This document shows positions 1 through 12,146 of a stretch of 64,000 nt of DNA, piece by piece (position 1 is the stretch's first letter; each line of letters starts with the position of its first letter). The stretch is taken from NCBI GenBank assembly GCA_012295275.1, contig CM022678.1, forward strand, positions 10,788,001-10,852,000, written 5' to 3'. Source of the stretch: Chrysomallon squamiferum. Its lineage: Eukaryota; Animalia; Mollusca. Both the position numbers and the translations under genes were made by a program. Under the pieces are notes generated by a model. It saw only the letters and a list, made by a program, of their open reading frames with translations, did not search any database and was not told the DNA's origin.

Positions 1-81
1 TCCCCAAATGCTGTACATAAACACAGTTGGAAATATGACAGTTTTGATATAAGAATTAAGTGTTAGATTGGGAAATAAATT

Positions 82-281
82 NNNNNNNNNNNNNNNNNNN
101 NNNNNNNNNNNNNNNNNNNNNNNNNNNNNNNNNNNNNNNNNNNNNNNNNNNNNNNNNNNNNNNNNNNNNNNNNNNNNNNNNNNNNNNNNNNNNNNNNNNN
201 NNNNNNNNNNNNNNNNNNNNNNNNNNNNNNNNNNNNNNNNNNNNNNNNNNNNNNNNNNNNNNNNNNNNNNNNNNNNNNNNN
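82..281. other. Assembly gap (200 N)
   Basis: Run of exactly 200 N, a typical scaffold gap placeholder. Confidence 0.99.
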
Positions 282-955
282 AATATCTTAAAGAATTACA
301 AAGATAGTAAAATTGTATTTTAATATTATAATGTTTTGTTTTCTATCAATATCAGCTCTGAATATCTGAATGGAATAATTCTTTTTTCTTAGAGAATTTA
401 TTCCTCTTTTATAAATACATCAACTGATTTATATCATATCAGTGCAAAGCACATTATTTTTCTTGAAAAGATAATTTAAATAGATCATGAAATGTACCAC
501 ATATAAATAAATCCAAATGCTGTCAGTATATTCTCACAAGTAAATGTGCCATTGTTTCTCTTTATTTTTGGGATATTAGAAAAAATAAAGCACGATCAGT
601 TAAGAATCACACAGATACAAGATATGCATCACATGATTGATGCTAGTACACCTAACAGTGCTTGGTGGGAGTGACTGATTGACACGGATCACCCACTTCT
701 AATGTGGTCTTTCAAATCCTGTTTTAAATAAAAATGACTTCCACAATGAAGAGAATTCTGTGGATTTGTATCTAAAGGAATTCTGTTATATCTGAAGTCC
801 ATAGAATCGTGGTTTCCTTAATTTCAGTATTCCCAAAATAACACCAACATTCTTTTGTCACTTTTCTTCTAGGATTAATCACCTATAATTTTATGTTGTA
901 AGCTTGAAGTGTATCTATGCTTTTTATAACTTTAGTAAAAATATGATTTTCACAG

Positions 956-1488
956 ATCTGTGGTAATTGGAGCCAAATCAAGAAAAGAGAGAAGAAAAAG
1001 GCAGATCATTCTGCTTGAAGGACATAGACTCATTGCAGATGCTATCAGGTCCGGAGCAAATGCTAAATGCATATACTTCAGTCAGATTGACATTCTAAAC
1101 AGACTGCCTCTTGATCTGATTGATGCTGCTCTCTATAAGGTTCATTATCAACACATGAAGCTTTGGTCTGATGTTGAAACGCCACCTGGTATTATGGGTA
1201 TGGTTTGCGTCACATTCCAGGCATAAATATTACACTCGTGTGGTAATGATTCTGTTAAACTTAAATTTGAATTTCTTTTATATCTTATCTGAATCAGAAA
1301 TAACACATTCAATTTAATCCATTTTTGTTTTTTAAAACCCTTTTTATCTTTTTTAATGTTGTCTAGTCTAAATGTTTATTAGACAAGATCAGACAATGTT
1401 TATAAATAGATGACTGACTAGAAGCTGATATATTTATTTTGTTAAATTAATATAAATGTAATCCAGTTATTTTAGGCCATTTAATTTC

Positions 1489-1520
<32 letters not shown>

Positions 1521-2290
1521 GTTTTATAATAGGAATATTTGAAATGCCAAAGAAGGATCTATAAGTATACCAGAGAATGCTTTACCAGTAACTGTGATCT
1601 GTGATAACATTCGTGATCCTGGTAACATGGGGACACTCATTAGAACAGCTGCAGCAGTTAGTTGTCAAAGATCCTTACTACTAAAGGTTTGTCACAATAC
1701 TGAAGCACGACTTAAGAAAGATGCTTTTTAATTTTAATTTTTGATTTATTTAAACAAGACTGCAAAGTTGCTTGACTTGTTTGTTTTTTGCTGTTAATTT
1801 CAGGATGTGTGGATGTCTGGGATCCTAAAGTTCTTCGAGCAGGAATGGGCAGTCACTTCCACATACCAATTTTCAGTGTCTTCATGGGATCAGTTGATCA
1901 ATTCCATGTCCAGTGACATGGGTGATTCTAGCTGTCACACAGATTACAATATTCAGAGAAGAGACCAGCAGATAGTGGATTCAGATTTGCTACTATCTTC
2001 TGAAGATAGCTTTATGAAAAATGATGAAACAGACAGTGACCTTGATGACAAAACGAATTTGGACAAATACAAAAGTTCCATTACCGCATCAGTTTACCAC
2101 CAGATAAAATATCAGAATCAAAACATTGTTCTCATTATTGGAGGTGAAACACATGGAATTAGTGTTGAAGCAAAGAAATTAGCATTTGATTTCTATGGAC
2201 AGTATATAACCATTCCTTTGTCATCATTTGTTAATAGCTTAAACTGCTCTAGTAGCCAGCAGTATTATTTTGTATGAAAACACAGGATGA
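956..2290 (+). CDS. MRM3: Mitochondrial rRNA methyltransferase 3 (MRM3/RNMTL1, SpoU/TrmH family), 3' exons, frameshifted in this sequence
   Basis: GT-AG exons 956-1197 (SVVIGAKSRKERRKRQIILLEGHRLIADAIRSGA...WSDVETPPGIMG), 1533-1686 (IFEMPK...LPVTVICDNIRDPGNMGTLIRTAAAV) and 1804-~2290 (GCVDVWDPKVLRAGMGSHF...LIIGGETHGIS...NSLNCS-VASSIILYE). These carry the SPOUT motifs of human RNMTL1 (ICDNLRDPGNLGT, GCVDAWEPKVLRAGMGAHF, IGGETYG, SLN). Frame breaks near 1550, 1668, 1878 and 2251. The first exon(s) lie upstream of or within the gap. Confidence 0.9.
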
Positions 2291-3581
2291 AGCCAAATTT
2301 TCTTTAGAAGAGATAATTAAAATAAGTTCTGTTTAAATCTGACTCATTTTTTTTAATTTTTTTTATATGATTTTATTTTAAATTCTAAACATTCATTTCC
2401 TATTTTACAAATTAATTTTTTTTTTCAAATTCCATCCTGGTTATTTCTCTGGATGAATGTAATGTTTTTTTGTGTTCTAAGGACTGTATCAAATATTTAT
2501 TTTTAAGGAAACAAATTAACTTATCAATTTTACATCCACATTCTCCTTTACTCTGTATGTTGCACAACCGAAAATAAAAAACCTGTAAAATGAAACGTCA
2601 ATATATTAATTTTGAAGTTTTAGTTGTTTGTCAATGATTTTGACATTTTCTGCATTGGTAAACATTCAGGTTTGTGACCTCACTGACATATTTATTTTTG
2701 TTTCATAGTAGTGAATACTACTTCGATGAACATCATGCAACATTCCCACCATTGTGTCATTTTGCATGTAAGTGATATATATAATATATTTTTGTCCAAA
2801 TATGTTGAAAAACCATGGGTAAAATTAAAGAAATTTATTTTCATCATAGCAATATATTTTTGGTATCAGTACGTTAATGATTAAAACTCTAACTAAAATT
2901 ACTGTATCAGGATTATGAATATATGCATGTAGGCAGTGCAAAACATTTCTGAAATAAATCAAATAAGCAGTTGCCTTGTATTTTTAAAAGTATAAATCAT
3001 AGGAAATTACGAATTAAGGATTGAACTGTTTTTGAATTAATTGCATGACATTAGATTTAATATATCCCTATTTTAAAAACTGTACATGCAGTTAAATTGA
3101 TTTTACTTATTGGAAAAGTCAAAACAAATATGATTTAAAATGCAAAACCATGCTATTATTAATAGTATTAAAATCAACATATAAACGTTTAATAATGAAA
3201 TAACAATTTAGAGCAAGGAAATGAAAACGGTAAATGTTTTTTTTTTTTTTATCACGATTTAATAAAAAATTTAAAACAATTTAAAGCCCAGAGGTATAGA
3301 CTTTTATAATTAAAAACCAACAAAAAAAAAAAAAACATTAAGAACAAAGAAAGTGATTGTTAAAAATTACAAAAAAAAAAAGTTTTTGGAAGCTGATTGA
3401 AAAAACAAGCCAAAAACAACAAAAACAAAATGGTTTTTCCTATTATTTAATTGAAAAAAGTATTGATTATTACAGCTTTGTTAAGCAGCAGCTACTTATA
3501 ACATTGTAATTACTGTTTTTATTACATTTATTGTTGATCACATTCATAAACAAAGGATTCAGTCTGAAAAAAAATAATCCA

Positions 3582-6500
3582 CTATTTCCTTCCTTTCCTC
3601 CTTAATGACTTCTCCTTTTCCAATGAAAATGCTCAAATCTTTTCATCTTTTCCTAAAATAAAAGCAATGTAAAATTTTGCAGAAATTGTTGTAACTCTAT
3701 GAATAAAGCTGAAGTATACAAATAATAATTTTCACAGAAAAATCAAGTAACAAATTACAGAAAATTAGTTAAATTTAATAAATGCCCAACACTGTCCAGG
3801 AATGTTTTAAATAGGTATTTATTTAAAACCTGAAATATTGAGCTATTCATAGATTCTGAGATGTTATCTAATAGAATGAATTGTTATTATATTTCATCCT
3901 AACGCTGATTCTACAAAAAGTTGGAAATTTAAAAAAAAAAAAAAATCAAATTCAGTCACAAATTATGTACGAATATGCTACCTAGAAAACTAAAAACATA
4001 CCGCATCTGCATTGCCATTAGCAACAGGACGAACTGTTCGAATGAATGTTATTGTTCCTTTATAATTGTAGTTTGGAATACCTCTGAAAAATGTGAATAA
4101 TAATAATTAGGATTATTATAATTTTGCCAAAAATAATAATGCTAAACAAAAATGACGGCTAGGAGAATTAATGAATTTTGATAACACTAAAATGTTTTCA
4201 AATTCATAAAATGAACTATCCATATATGTGTAATTTGATACAGAGTGATGCCTATAATGAAAATATTTATACATTAAAATGCCATACATATTCAGCTGAT
4301 GATTGTGAATTGGTCAAACACAACAGAATAATCCTATTTATTTAAAACTATCAAGAAAATTTAATAATTCATTTTTACCACTTTATCATCTTGAAAATTT
4401 GAAAAATCTTAGCTGTTAATTTTATGGTGTGTGTATGTGTCCTATTATAATCAAATACAAAATGACTGAACTGCAGGATCTTGTGAAAATGTAAATTGTG
4501 GTGCATCTCTCTACTTGTTATTAATACGAAATTTTTATAACATTTTATCAACCCAGTCATCCATTTATAATGATAGAAAAAGAAATACAATTCTGAGAAG
4601 ATATTTGAATGTTAAAGGTTAATTTAGATTTTATAATAATAACACCGTTTTGGCACACTTCCATCTGCTAATGACTGAAAGTCTGTTCTTTTTTCTTTCC
4701 ATCCAATCTGTTGCCTGGACCACTGAAAGCCTACAAAAAAAAAAAATATATATATATATATATATATCTATTAAAATGTATTAAAAAAAAAGAAAAAAGA
4801 AAAAGTAGACTTTAAATTTCCATGTTATTATTTTTTGCTTTGGGCACCCTATCATTAACAAAATATGACAGTAAAATAATACTATTACACAATATTTTAA
4901 CACTACCATTTCATCCTTTTACAACCAGAAATATGTCAAATATATCTATTTCTTTGATATCCACCAATTAATTTTACAATTCTCACCTTAAAAGCTGCAT
5001 CTATATCATTTTCGTCATGATCAACCATCTACAAATAAGCATGTTGTTATTAGGATATAATATATCTGAGTAAAACTAAATATATATATATATATATATA
5101 TATATCAAATCATCTGAATTCTGAAGTTATGATGCATTGAAAAAAAAAAAAAAAATGCTAGTGTGATACTGGGCTAATTATTTTATTTATTGCTTTCTAA
5201 ATTTATTTGAAAAAAAAATCCTTATCCATTCTTCTGGAATCTGCAGATGTAGCATTCATATTTTGAGTTCTTAATTCCATAGCCACAATGTTGAAAAATA
5301 AGTAAAAAAAAAAAAGAAAAAAAAAGAACTAACAAATTAGGATTATTTGGTTCAAATTGTTCAAACTTACTGCACTGTCAGTTTCCAAATCTGTAGCATC
5401 ATGAGGTCTTTGATGTTTTGGTTCTTTTGATAACCTACTGGGGTACAAAGTCAACCTAAAGATGAAAAATGAAATACAGCTGTGAGACTATGGAAAAGCT
5501 ACTCATCTACCCATAACAAATGCAGTTTCTTATTTCAAATGCAATGGTTCCTGTGTTTTTTAATCATATTAATATTAAAAATGATATGCCTGTTTCTTTT
5601 CATTAATTTTATATTTGATATGTCAGAATTTTAAATCCAAACAGATAAAAACAGAAAACAAATATTTTGTTTGTTAAATTTAAAAAAAAAGGAAAGAATT
5701 AAAAATCCTATTTATTGTTATATTCATACACATACACAAAGTGAATTGAATCTAAACTGTTGTTTGAATGGAGTTTATATTACTTACATTCATGTCACAT
5801 TCAATGATTGAAACTGCTGTTCCTATTTGGTTTCCAAGACACACAATTCATATATCTAAAGTAAATGTTTTTAATATGTGTTTTATTATTATACCACTTT
5901 ATGTGGAAAAAGGTAAATAAGTTTCACAGCATTTACAGAATAATTATCAATTTTATTAATTACATTATTGCAAAATTTACATAATTAAAAACGATCCTAC
6001 TAAAGTTCAGTACCAATTCCTCTACACAAAAATTTAAATTGTAAAACAAACTCAAATGATGAGGCAGATATTGCATTGTGTTCACATGTTTATAATAATT
6101 AATTATTCACCACAATATATTAAGTAATAGAACATAAAAAATTTATATTTCTCTGTAATTATCATTATGGATTTTTTCCTATCACTTGTTGGTTTCATGG
6201 AAAAAGATTTTAAATGATTTATTTGTCATTGTATTTAATAGCTATTACATCTCCTGCAGTGAGACAGGCAAAGTTTCTCAAGGCATTTTCCAATCTGTAT
6301 TCAGTTAAGATTTATAGTAAAAAGTTTGTTAAATAGACTTAAATCTGATTATAGACAACAACAATGTCAATAAAATGAAGCAAAAAAGAGAAGAAAAGTT
6401 GTGAAGAATATTGCAAAATATAATAATCACAATAGTGAATGAATTTATTTAACACACTGAATGTAATAATTTAAACTGTAGTTCAATACGATACATTTTC

Positions 6501-8178
6501 AGGATCACCCAAGACTATAAATCTGTGCTTCCCATATCTATGGGTTATATTTAAAACTGAACACTACTGGACATTTTCATTAGGATTCAAAATGATTCTT
6601 TCTGGTTAAAAAGAAAGAGCAGGTGATATTTCAAGAAGAATTTTTTATTATTATTATTTTTTATTTTTTATGAATCCAGTGACAGAAATAATATTTTCCT
6701 GAATTTATTAGAAATGAAATTTTGAATTTTTAAACTTTATTTTTCTTTATCATTATATATGCTGGCTGCCTTTCAGAAACCTCCACAGAGAATTATTCTG
6801 GTTCTTGAATCAAGTAATGCACATATTATATACAACTGAAAAGAAGGATACACTGCTTTAGGATTGGTTATGTCCAGGAAGTCAACACACTGTGGCTGAA
6901 ACTTAGCAAAATGTGGCTACAGACAGAGAAACATTATCAATCTGAACTAGTCCTTCATCCAACAACAAATTTCTCATCATCTATAATTTAATAAAAGAAA
7001 ACTGCATGTTCACTAACATCAAATAAATTATAATACTGAAAAAAAAAGAAGAAAAGTAATAATAATAAGAATAAATAATAAATAATGGTAAACAGTAATA
7101 CATTTTCAAAAAGCTGAAAAAGAGATATGAAGGTCTTTAAATATAAATATTAAGAATATATCTTATAATAGTCAACTATTCTTTTTTATCACAAATATTG
7201 AATAATAAAATAATATATCACAGAATGTGTGACATATGCCTGTTGCTGTTCAATTCATTTTCAGGTCATATTCAGTGTCTCAAAATGTTTTTATACATGA
7301 CGATTAATGTAAATGGTAATACAAAAGGGCTTACCCAGTAAGGAATATATATTCTTCCTTCATCAGCCACAAACTCTAAAACTCCACAATGTGTTTCCCT
7401 GTTATGCTTCTTGTTCACAAGCTTGAATAACATTTGATACTGAATGTTTAAACGTGCTGAAAATTCATAAAAACATTTATTTCAGAATTATCATTTCTGA
7501 AGTTATCTTAAATCATGTTATTAATAAATCTCTTTGTGGAAAATTAAAATAGTTAATAGGAAAAAATGTCTGAAGATACTCTAAATAGTTTGCAAAAAAA
7601 CAAAACAGGTAATAATAAAACAAGTTTAAAAACTCTTCTTTAAAAAAAAAATATAAACAATATTTTATAGCTACTGGAAATAACTGCTATTTTTTTAATT
7701 AAAAAGTAAAAAATTGAAATTATTTATTATAATTTTTTTTAATTACTACAAAATATGTTATATCTTAGTATTATAAACTTTTAGTCTGTCATTTGTCGTT
7801 AAAATAACAAGGAAAAAGAATAACATACTTAGTTGATCCAGGGCAGATGGAGGCATAATAACTGGAGGAGAAAAAATAAATTCATTAAGACAAACTCTCT
7901 ATACTGAACACATAATTTTTTTATAATCATATCTAAATAAATACATACTATATATATTCATAAACAATGTTTTATATAAATTTAAATATTATTTTACCAG
8001 AATTATGCCTTAGACACTTATAAATGTTAGAAAATAAAATACATAAGTGAAATACAACTCTATACAAACTTTTGCCGCCTCGGCCACGCCCTCCCCTGTC
8101 TCCAAGCACAGGACGGAGAACATCTATATGTTGTCGAAAAACACGGCCCACTTCAGGGAACATATGACCAAAACCAAA
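3582..8178 (-). CDS. UFD1: Ubiquitin recognition factor in ER-associated degradation 1 (UFD1), 11 coding exons seen, several with indels
   Basis: Minus-strand exons 8070-8178 ([22 protein letters not shown]), 7829-7861 ([11 protein letters not shown]), 7335-7456 ([12 protein letters not shown]...[20 protein letters not shown]), 6852-6980 ([10 protein letters not shown]...[17 protein letters not shown]), 6222-6294 ([24 protein letters not shown]), 5788-5855 ([20 protein letters not shown]), 5371-5455 (VDF..PVGY), 4987-5028, 4646-4730 ([14 protein letters not shown]), 4002-4083 ([16 protein letters not shown]) and 3582-3652 (SLRRKGRK*). The ATG-only first exon is not fixed; one candidate is acaATG|gtttt at 8695-8697. 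Confidence 0.95.
6295..6851 (-). other. U12-type (minor spliceosome) GT-AG intron in UFD1
   Basis: The minus-strand 5' splice site reads GCAGT|GTATCCTTCT (U12 consensus RTATCCTT). A branch-point TCTTAAC (6304-6310) lies close to the terminal AG with no polypyrimidine tract. Splicing restores KAV|LENALR. Confidence 0.9.
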
Positions 8179-8697
8179 CTGTAAAACAGAGAGAAAAAGA
8201 ACACATATGTACTCTAAACAAACATTTCTTCTTCTTCTTATTATTATTACTATTCAGATTAACATTCCTTTTGAATTAAATAATTTGGTAGAATCTAGTG
8301 AATTACTTCCCAGCAGTTATCAAAAAGAGACAAAAGAGATATGCACATAAACATTACACAACATTCACACGTATTTTATGCTGATTAAATGAAAAAACAA
8401 ATTAATTTACATTAATTTTTATGTCAAACTATTTATTTTATTTATTTATAATTATAATAGTAGTACTAGTAGTTTTTTCTTTATTAGGTTAATATTTTAA
8501 TTTTTACTATTCAACCATACGGTAAATCCTAAACTTTCTTTAATTTCATTTTCGAATGTAAATAATACAAAACATTTATCAGAATAAAATTAGAAAAACA
8601 AGCAGAGAAACCTGAATAGTGAACTCAAAAATTAGCGACCATCAGTATAAATTTAAAAAGGAAACAAAAGAACCACAGTAAAAATATACAAAACCAT

Positions 8698-9793
8698 TGT
8701 TGATTCCAATTTATAATCTTGGCAAATGTGCAATAACGGTAAAATCTTGTTACAAAAGCCTTAATCAGCTCTGCCATGAATTTATTTATAATTCCCTGAT
8801 TTGTTGGAATTTATGAAACGTCGTCATTTCTAAATTAAAAAATAAGCGACTAATTCCAGCAGGCATTTAGAACATTCAAGTCAAAAGAATTATCGACTGG
8901 TTAACCGAAACACCGTATCATAGGAAATAACTATAAAAAGAAAGTACATTATTTGTTAATATGTTTCCTTTCATTGAAGCATCAATATGTATAGGGTTTA
9001 TATAAGTTTTGTTTTCAAACCAAAACTATCCTAATCTGTATCTGTATCTCGTATGAATACTAGCAGTTTGCTATCTTTGAAAATTACAGATTGAAGTAAA
9101 GCATCGTAATTAGCATATAAATACATTATTTCATCAGTAATCTCCAGAAAGGGATGCGCATAAAAGCATTTTACATGCCATGCCTATTTATATGCAAACA
9201 TGGTGATTAAGCATTTACGAATTTAATACTGGTCACCACTGTAGTCTTATAGAATATGTTGTGTTTATGAAACCAAAATAGCAATGTCCAGTGCGCATTA
9301 AATTGATTAATAAAACGAACAGCAAACCAGCACCGCGTTTTCTTAAATATTTTTTCATTTTTGTGATTTCTTTATTGATTATTTTTGATATATATATAAT
9401 TCAGAAGTGAATGTGTTTTATTTTGTTGTAAAAATACTGTCCATTTCCTTTGAAGTTTAATATGCTCTTCAAACTGGAAAGATTTCTTTTTGCAGATCTG
9501 ACGAACGATAAACTGTTCGCCGATTTCACAACGCCTGCTGTTGTTCTCTAACGTCATTAAGACTATTTTTATTAGAACGAGAATTTTTAATTTTTTATTT
9601 ATTTATTTTACTTGTTTTTGTATTTTTTAGTCAGTTCATAATTGATTTTATTATATAATAAATTTTTAATTTTAATTTTTTCTTTTAAATAATTTGTTAA
9701 AACACACACGCAGTTTACAGTGGGGAAACAACCAAAGAAAATTGTTGCGGAAAGCGCGGTAATTTTGCAATTTTGTAAAATTGTTGAACCAGA
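8698..9793. promoter_or_regulatory. Probable bidirectional promoter region between UFD1 and CDC45
   Basis: About 1.1 kb between divergent 5' ends, locally richer in CpG than the introns. An E2F-like GCGGAAAGCGCGG lies at 9747-9759, just upstream of the CDC45 ATG. No TSS data. Confidence 0.55.
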
Positions 9794-10968
9794 ATGTTTG
9801 AAAAAAGATCTGAACAGGTTTCTAATGATGCCATACAACACCAGGTCTGTTGACATGTTTGGAATATCGTAAATGATAATAATTATAATCTCTGAATAAT
9901 TTAAAAGTAGCTATTGAATCATATTAAATCTGTGTAGTCACTTCATTTTGTAGCGCCAAATTTGTTAACTAAGATTAAGCAGCAGAATATCTGTCAAAGA
10001 ATTTGTACTTATTATTATTATTATTATTTTTTTTATATAAACGATTATGGATAATAAAACGTGTGTAAAATGGTGTCCGTTTAAAAGGAATCAGCAGTAG
10101 TGCTGTAGGATCAGCTGATATTCATCTTCTTCTGAAGCAATATCAGTATCATCATATCATGAGACTGATGAGTATGAAATTGACGGACTTTAGTCATGTT
10201 GACATATCTCGAAAATATTTTTACTGAGTTATCCTATAAATATAAAGAAGATGATGTCCTTTTAATGTGATTCTTTAAGTGAACTTGTACATTTGACTTT
10301 TTAAATCAACCCAAGATCATCGTTTTTGTGTCGCAGTTTGAGTTTCTTTGAGTGGTGGGGGTGTGCGTATGTGTTAATTTACTTTTTTTTTTTTTTTTTT
10401 TCCAGAGAGTTCTTTGTTCTGGTGTCATTTGAAGTTGACGCCTGTGTGCTTGTAAAATACTGCAGGTATGCACAGAGTACAACATTTTTTTAAGAAATAA
10501 CTGGGAATTAATAATCAATGGAAACATTGTAATATAATTACGATTTGGAAAAAATAATTTTTAATTTTTTCTTGAAAGACATAATGATAACAATAAGGAC
10601 ATATGAAATACATATATTTTAAAATGGTTGATGTTGATTTATTTTTATCTGTAGAAACAGTTTTAAATTTATGCATCAAAACATTCCTGATAATTCTATA
10701 ATCTTCATTTTGTGCAGAATGTCTGTATTTACAATATTTTACTTTATTTATAAGACACAGTTCTGTTCGTGAATTTGTAATAAATGGAAATGAATATAAC
10801 TAAATTGAATAATTATAATTAACTGTTAAATTGACATCTCTGTTTTATAACATTATTATACATGCCTCTCTTTCAGCACTTGCTTCAGTGTGATCATATT
10901 CTGTACACGACAGCGCCCATCACTGGACATGAAAGATCTTGTTGTTCCTTTGTGGAAACACAGAAAGG
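9794..10968 (+). CDS. CDC45: Cell division control protein 45 (CDC45), 5' three exons only, with indels
   Basis: Exons 9794-9844 (51 nt; MF.KDL.TGF.DAIQHQ|GT), 10406-10465 (60 nt; RVL-VLVSFEVDA-CACKILQ|GT) and 10877-10968 (HLLQCDHILYTTAPITGHE-DL..SFVE-HRK|GT). They match the human CDC45 N-terminus ([54 protein letters not shown]). I found no downstream exon (INCGA motif) in the window. Confidence 0.85.
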
Positions 10969-11620
10969 GTTTGTATGCATTTACAAAAATCAAATTTATA
11001 ATAATTTCTATGTCATTTTTATTAATTAATATTTTCCTTCTTATGAAGAATTTTGTTTTTTTAGCCTCACAGAATATTACATAATTTTAGAAACACACAT
11101 TAAAAAAAGAAAATAAAGAAAGAAAAGAGGGCCAGGTGTTTTGGTTACATGAAGATAATATATTTAATATCATTTAGTGCCTTTATGAACTTTAATCATA
11201 TCAATAAAGACAGACATTTTTAGAATGAATGAAGAATTATTTGTTTCATTTTAATGATAACAAAAGACAAATATTGAATTTATATCTTTGTAATATAAAG
11301 CCATATAAATGGAATCACTGAGAACATGCTGGTATGTTTCAAGAACACTTTATTTCATCTCAAAGATTCAGTTAACATTGATAACAATTAAAATATAAAT
11401 TAAAATATTTTATAAAACTTGTGACTGTAGCAGTTTATTTAAATCAACATTATAAAATTGAACAAATGGAATTTTCTTGTTAATAAATGTTCAAGGTTTT
11501 ATCTATTGCAGAGTTATAAACATTAAAATGCATTGTACTGAATATTTTAATTAATAAATGTTATTAGATATATAACCAGAGAATAAAGATTAAATGGGTT
11601 AGGTTCTGAAATATTTTTAA

Positions 11621-11760
11621 CTGCTAAATGTCTATAACATTTGCAATTAAAAAAAAATATTCCAATTTATTACATTTTAATCTTTATAGCTGCTATATGT
11701 CTAATAACATTTGCAATTAAAAAATATTCCAATTTTATTACATTTTAATCTTTTATAGCT
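11621..11760. repeat. Two-copy ~70-bp tandem duplication
   Basis: ctgcta(a/t)atgtcta(a)taacatttgcaattaaaa...tattccaattt(t)attacattttaatcttt(t)atagc occurs twice; the copies differ mostly in homopolymer length. Confidence 0.85.
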
Positions 11761-11837
11761 CTGCAATAAGTCTAAACCTTGACAGTCTTTCATTCATCTA
11801 TCTTTTTACACATCCAGTGTCTTTGTGAGTGTTTATA

Positions 11838-12075
11838 TCTGTGTGTGTGTGTATGTGTGTGTGTATGTGTGTGTATGTATGTATTTATGTGTGTATCTAT
11901 GTGTGTGTATGTATGTGTGTATGTATGTATGTATGTGTGTGTACGTATGTGTGTATGTGTATGTGTGTTATGTATGTGTGTGTGAATGTGTGTGTGTGTG
12001 TGTGTAAACGAACCAACTCCTGGCCTGTCATTATCATTTTATTTATTTATTTATTTATTTTTCTTTATTTATTTT

Positions 12076-12106
<31 letters not shown>

Positions 12107-12146
12107 TACATTTATTCATTTTTATTTATTTATTTATTTATTTATA
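11838..12146. repeat. Compound microsatellite: degenerate (GT/GTAT)n followed by (ATTT)n
   Basis: Seen directly: GT-rich tract 11838-12005 and TTTA tract ~12035-12146. Confidence 0.95.

Noticed and set aside
60-323. ORFs spanning the N run
   Set aside because: Artefacts of the assembly gap.
1807-2277. 156-aa ORF as a standalone gene
   Set aside because: It is mostly the last MRM3 exon, with wrong-frame ends caused by indels.
9198-9245. ATG at ~9200 as the CDC45 start
   Set aside because: Stops after eight codons; the exon at 9794-9844 matches the CDC45 N-terminus and has a GT donor.
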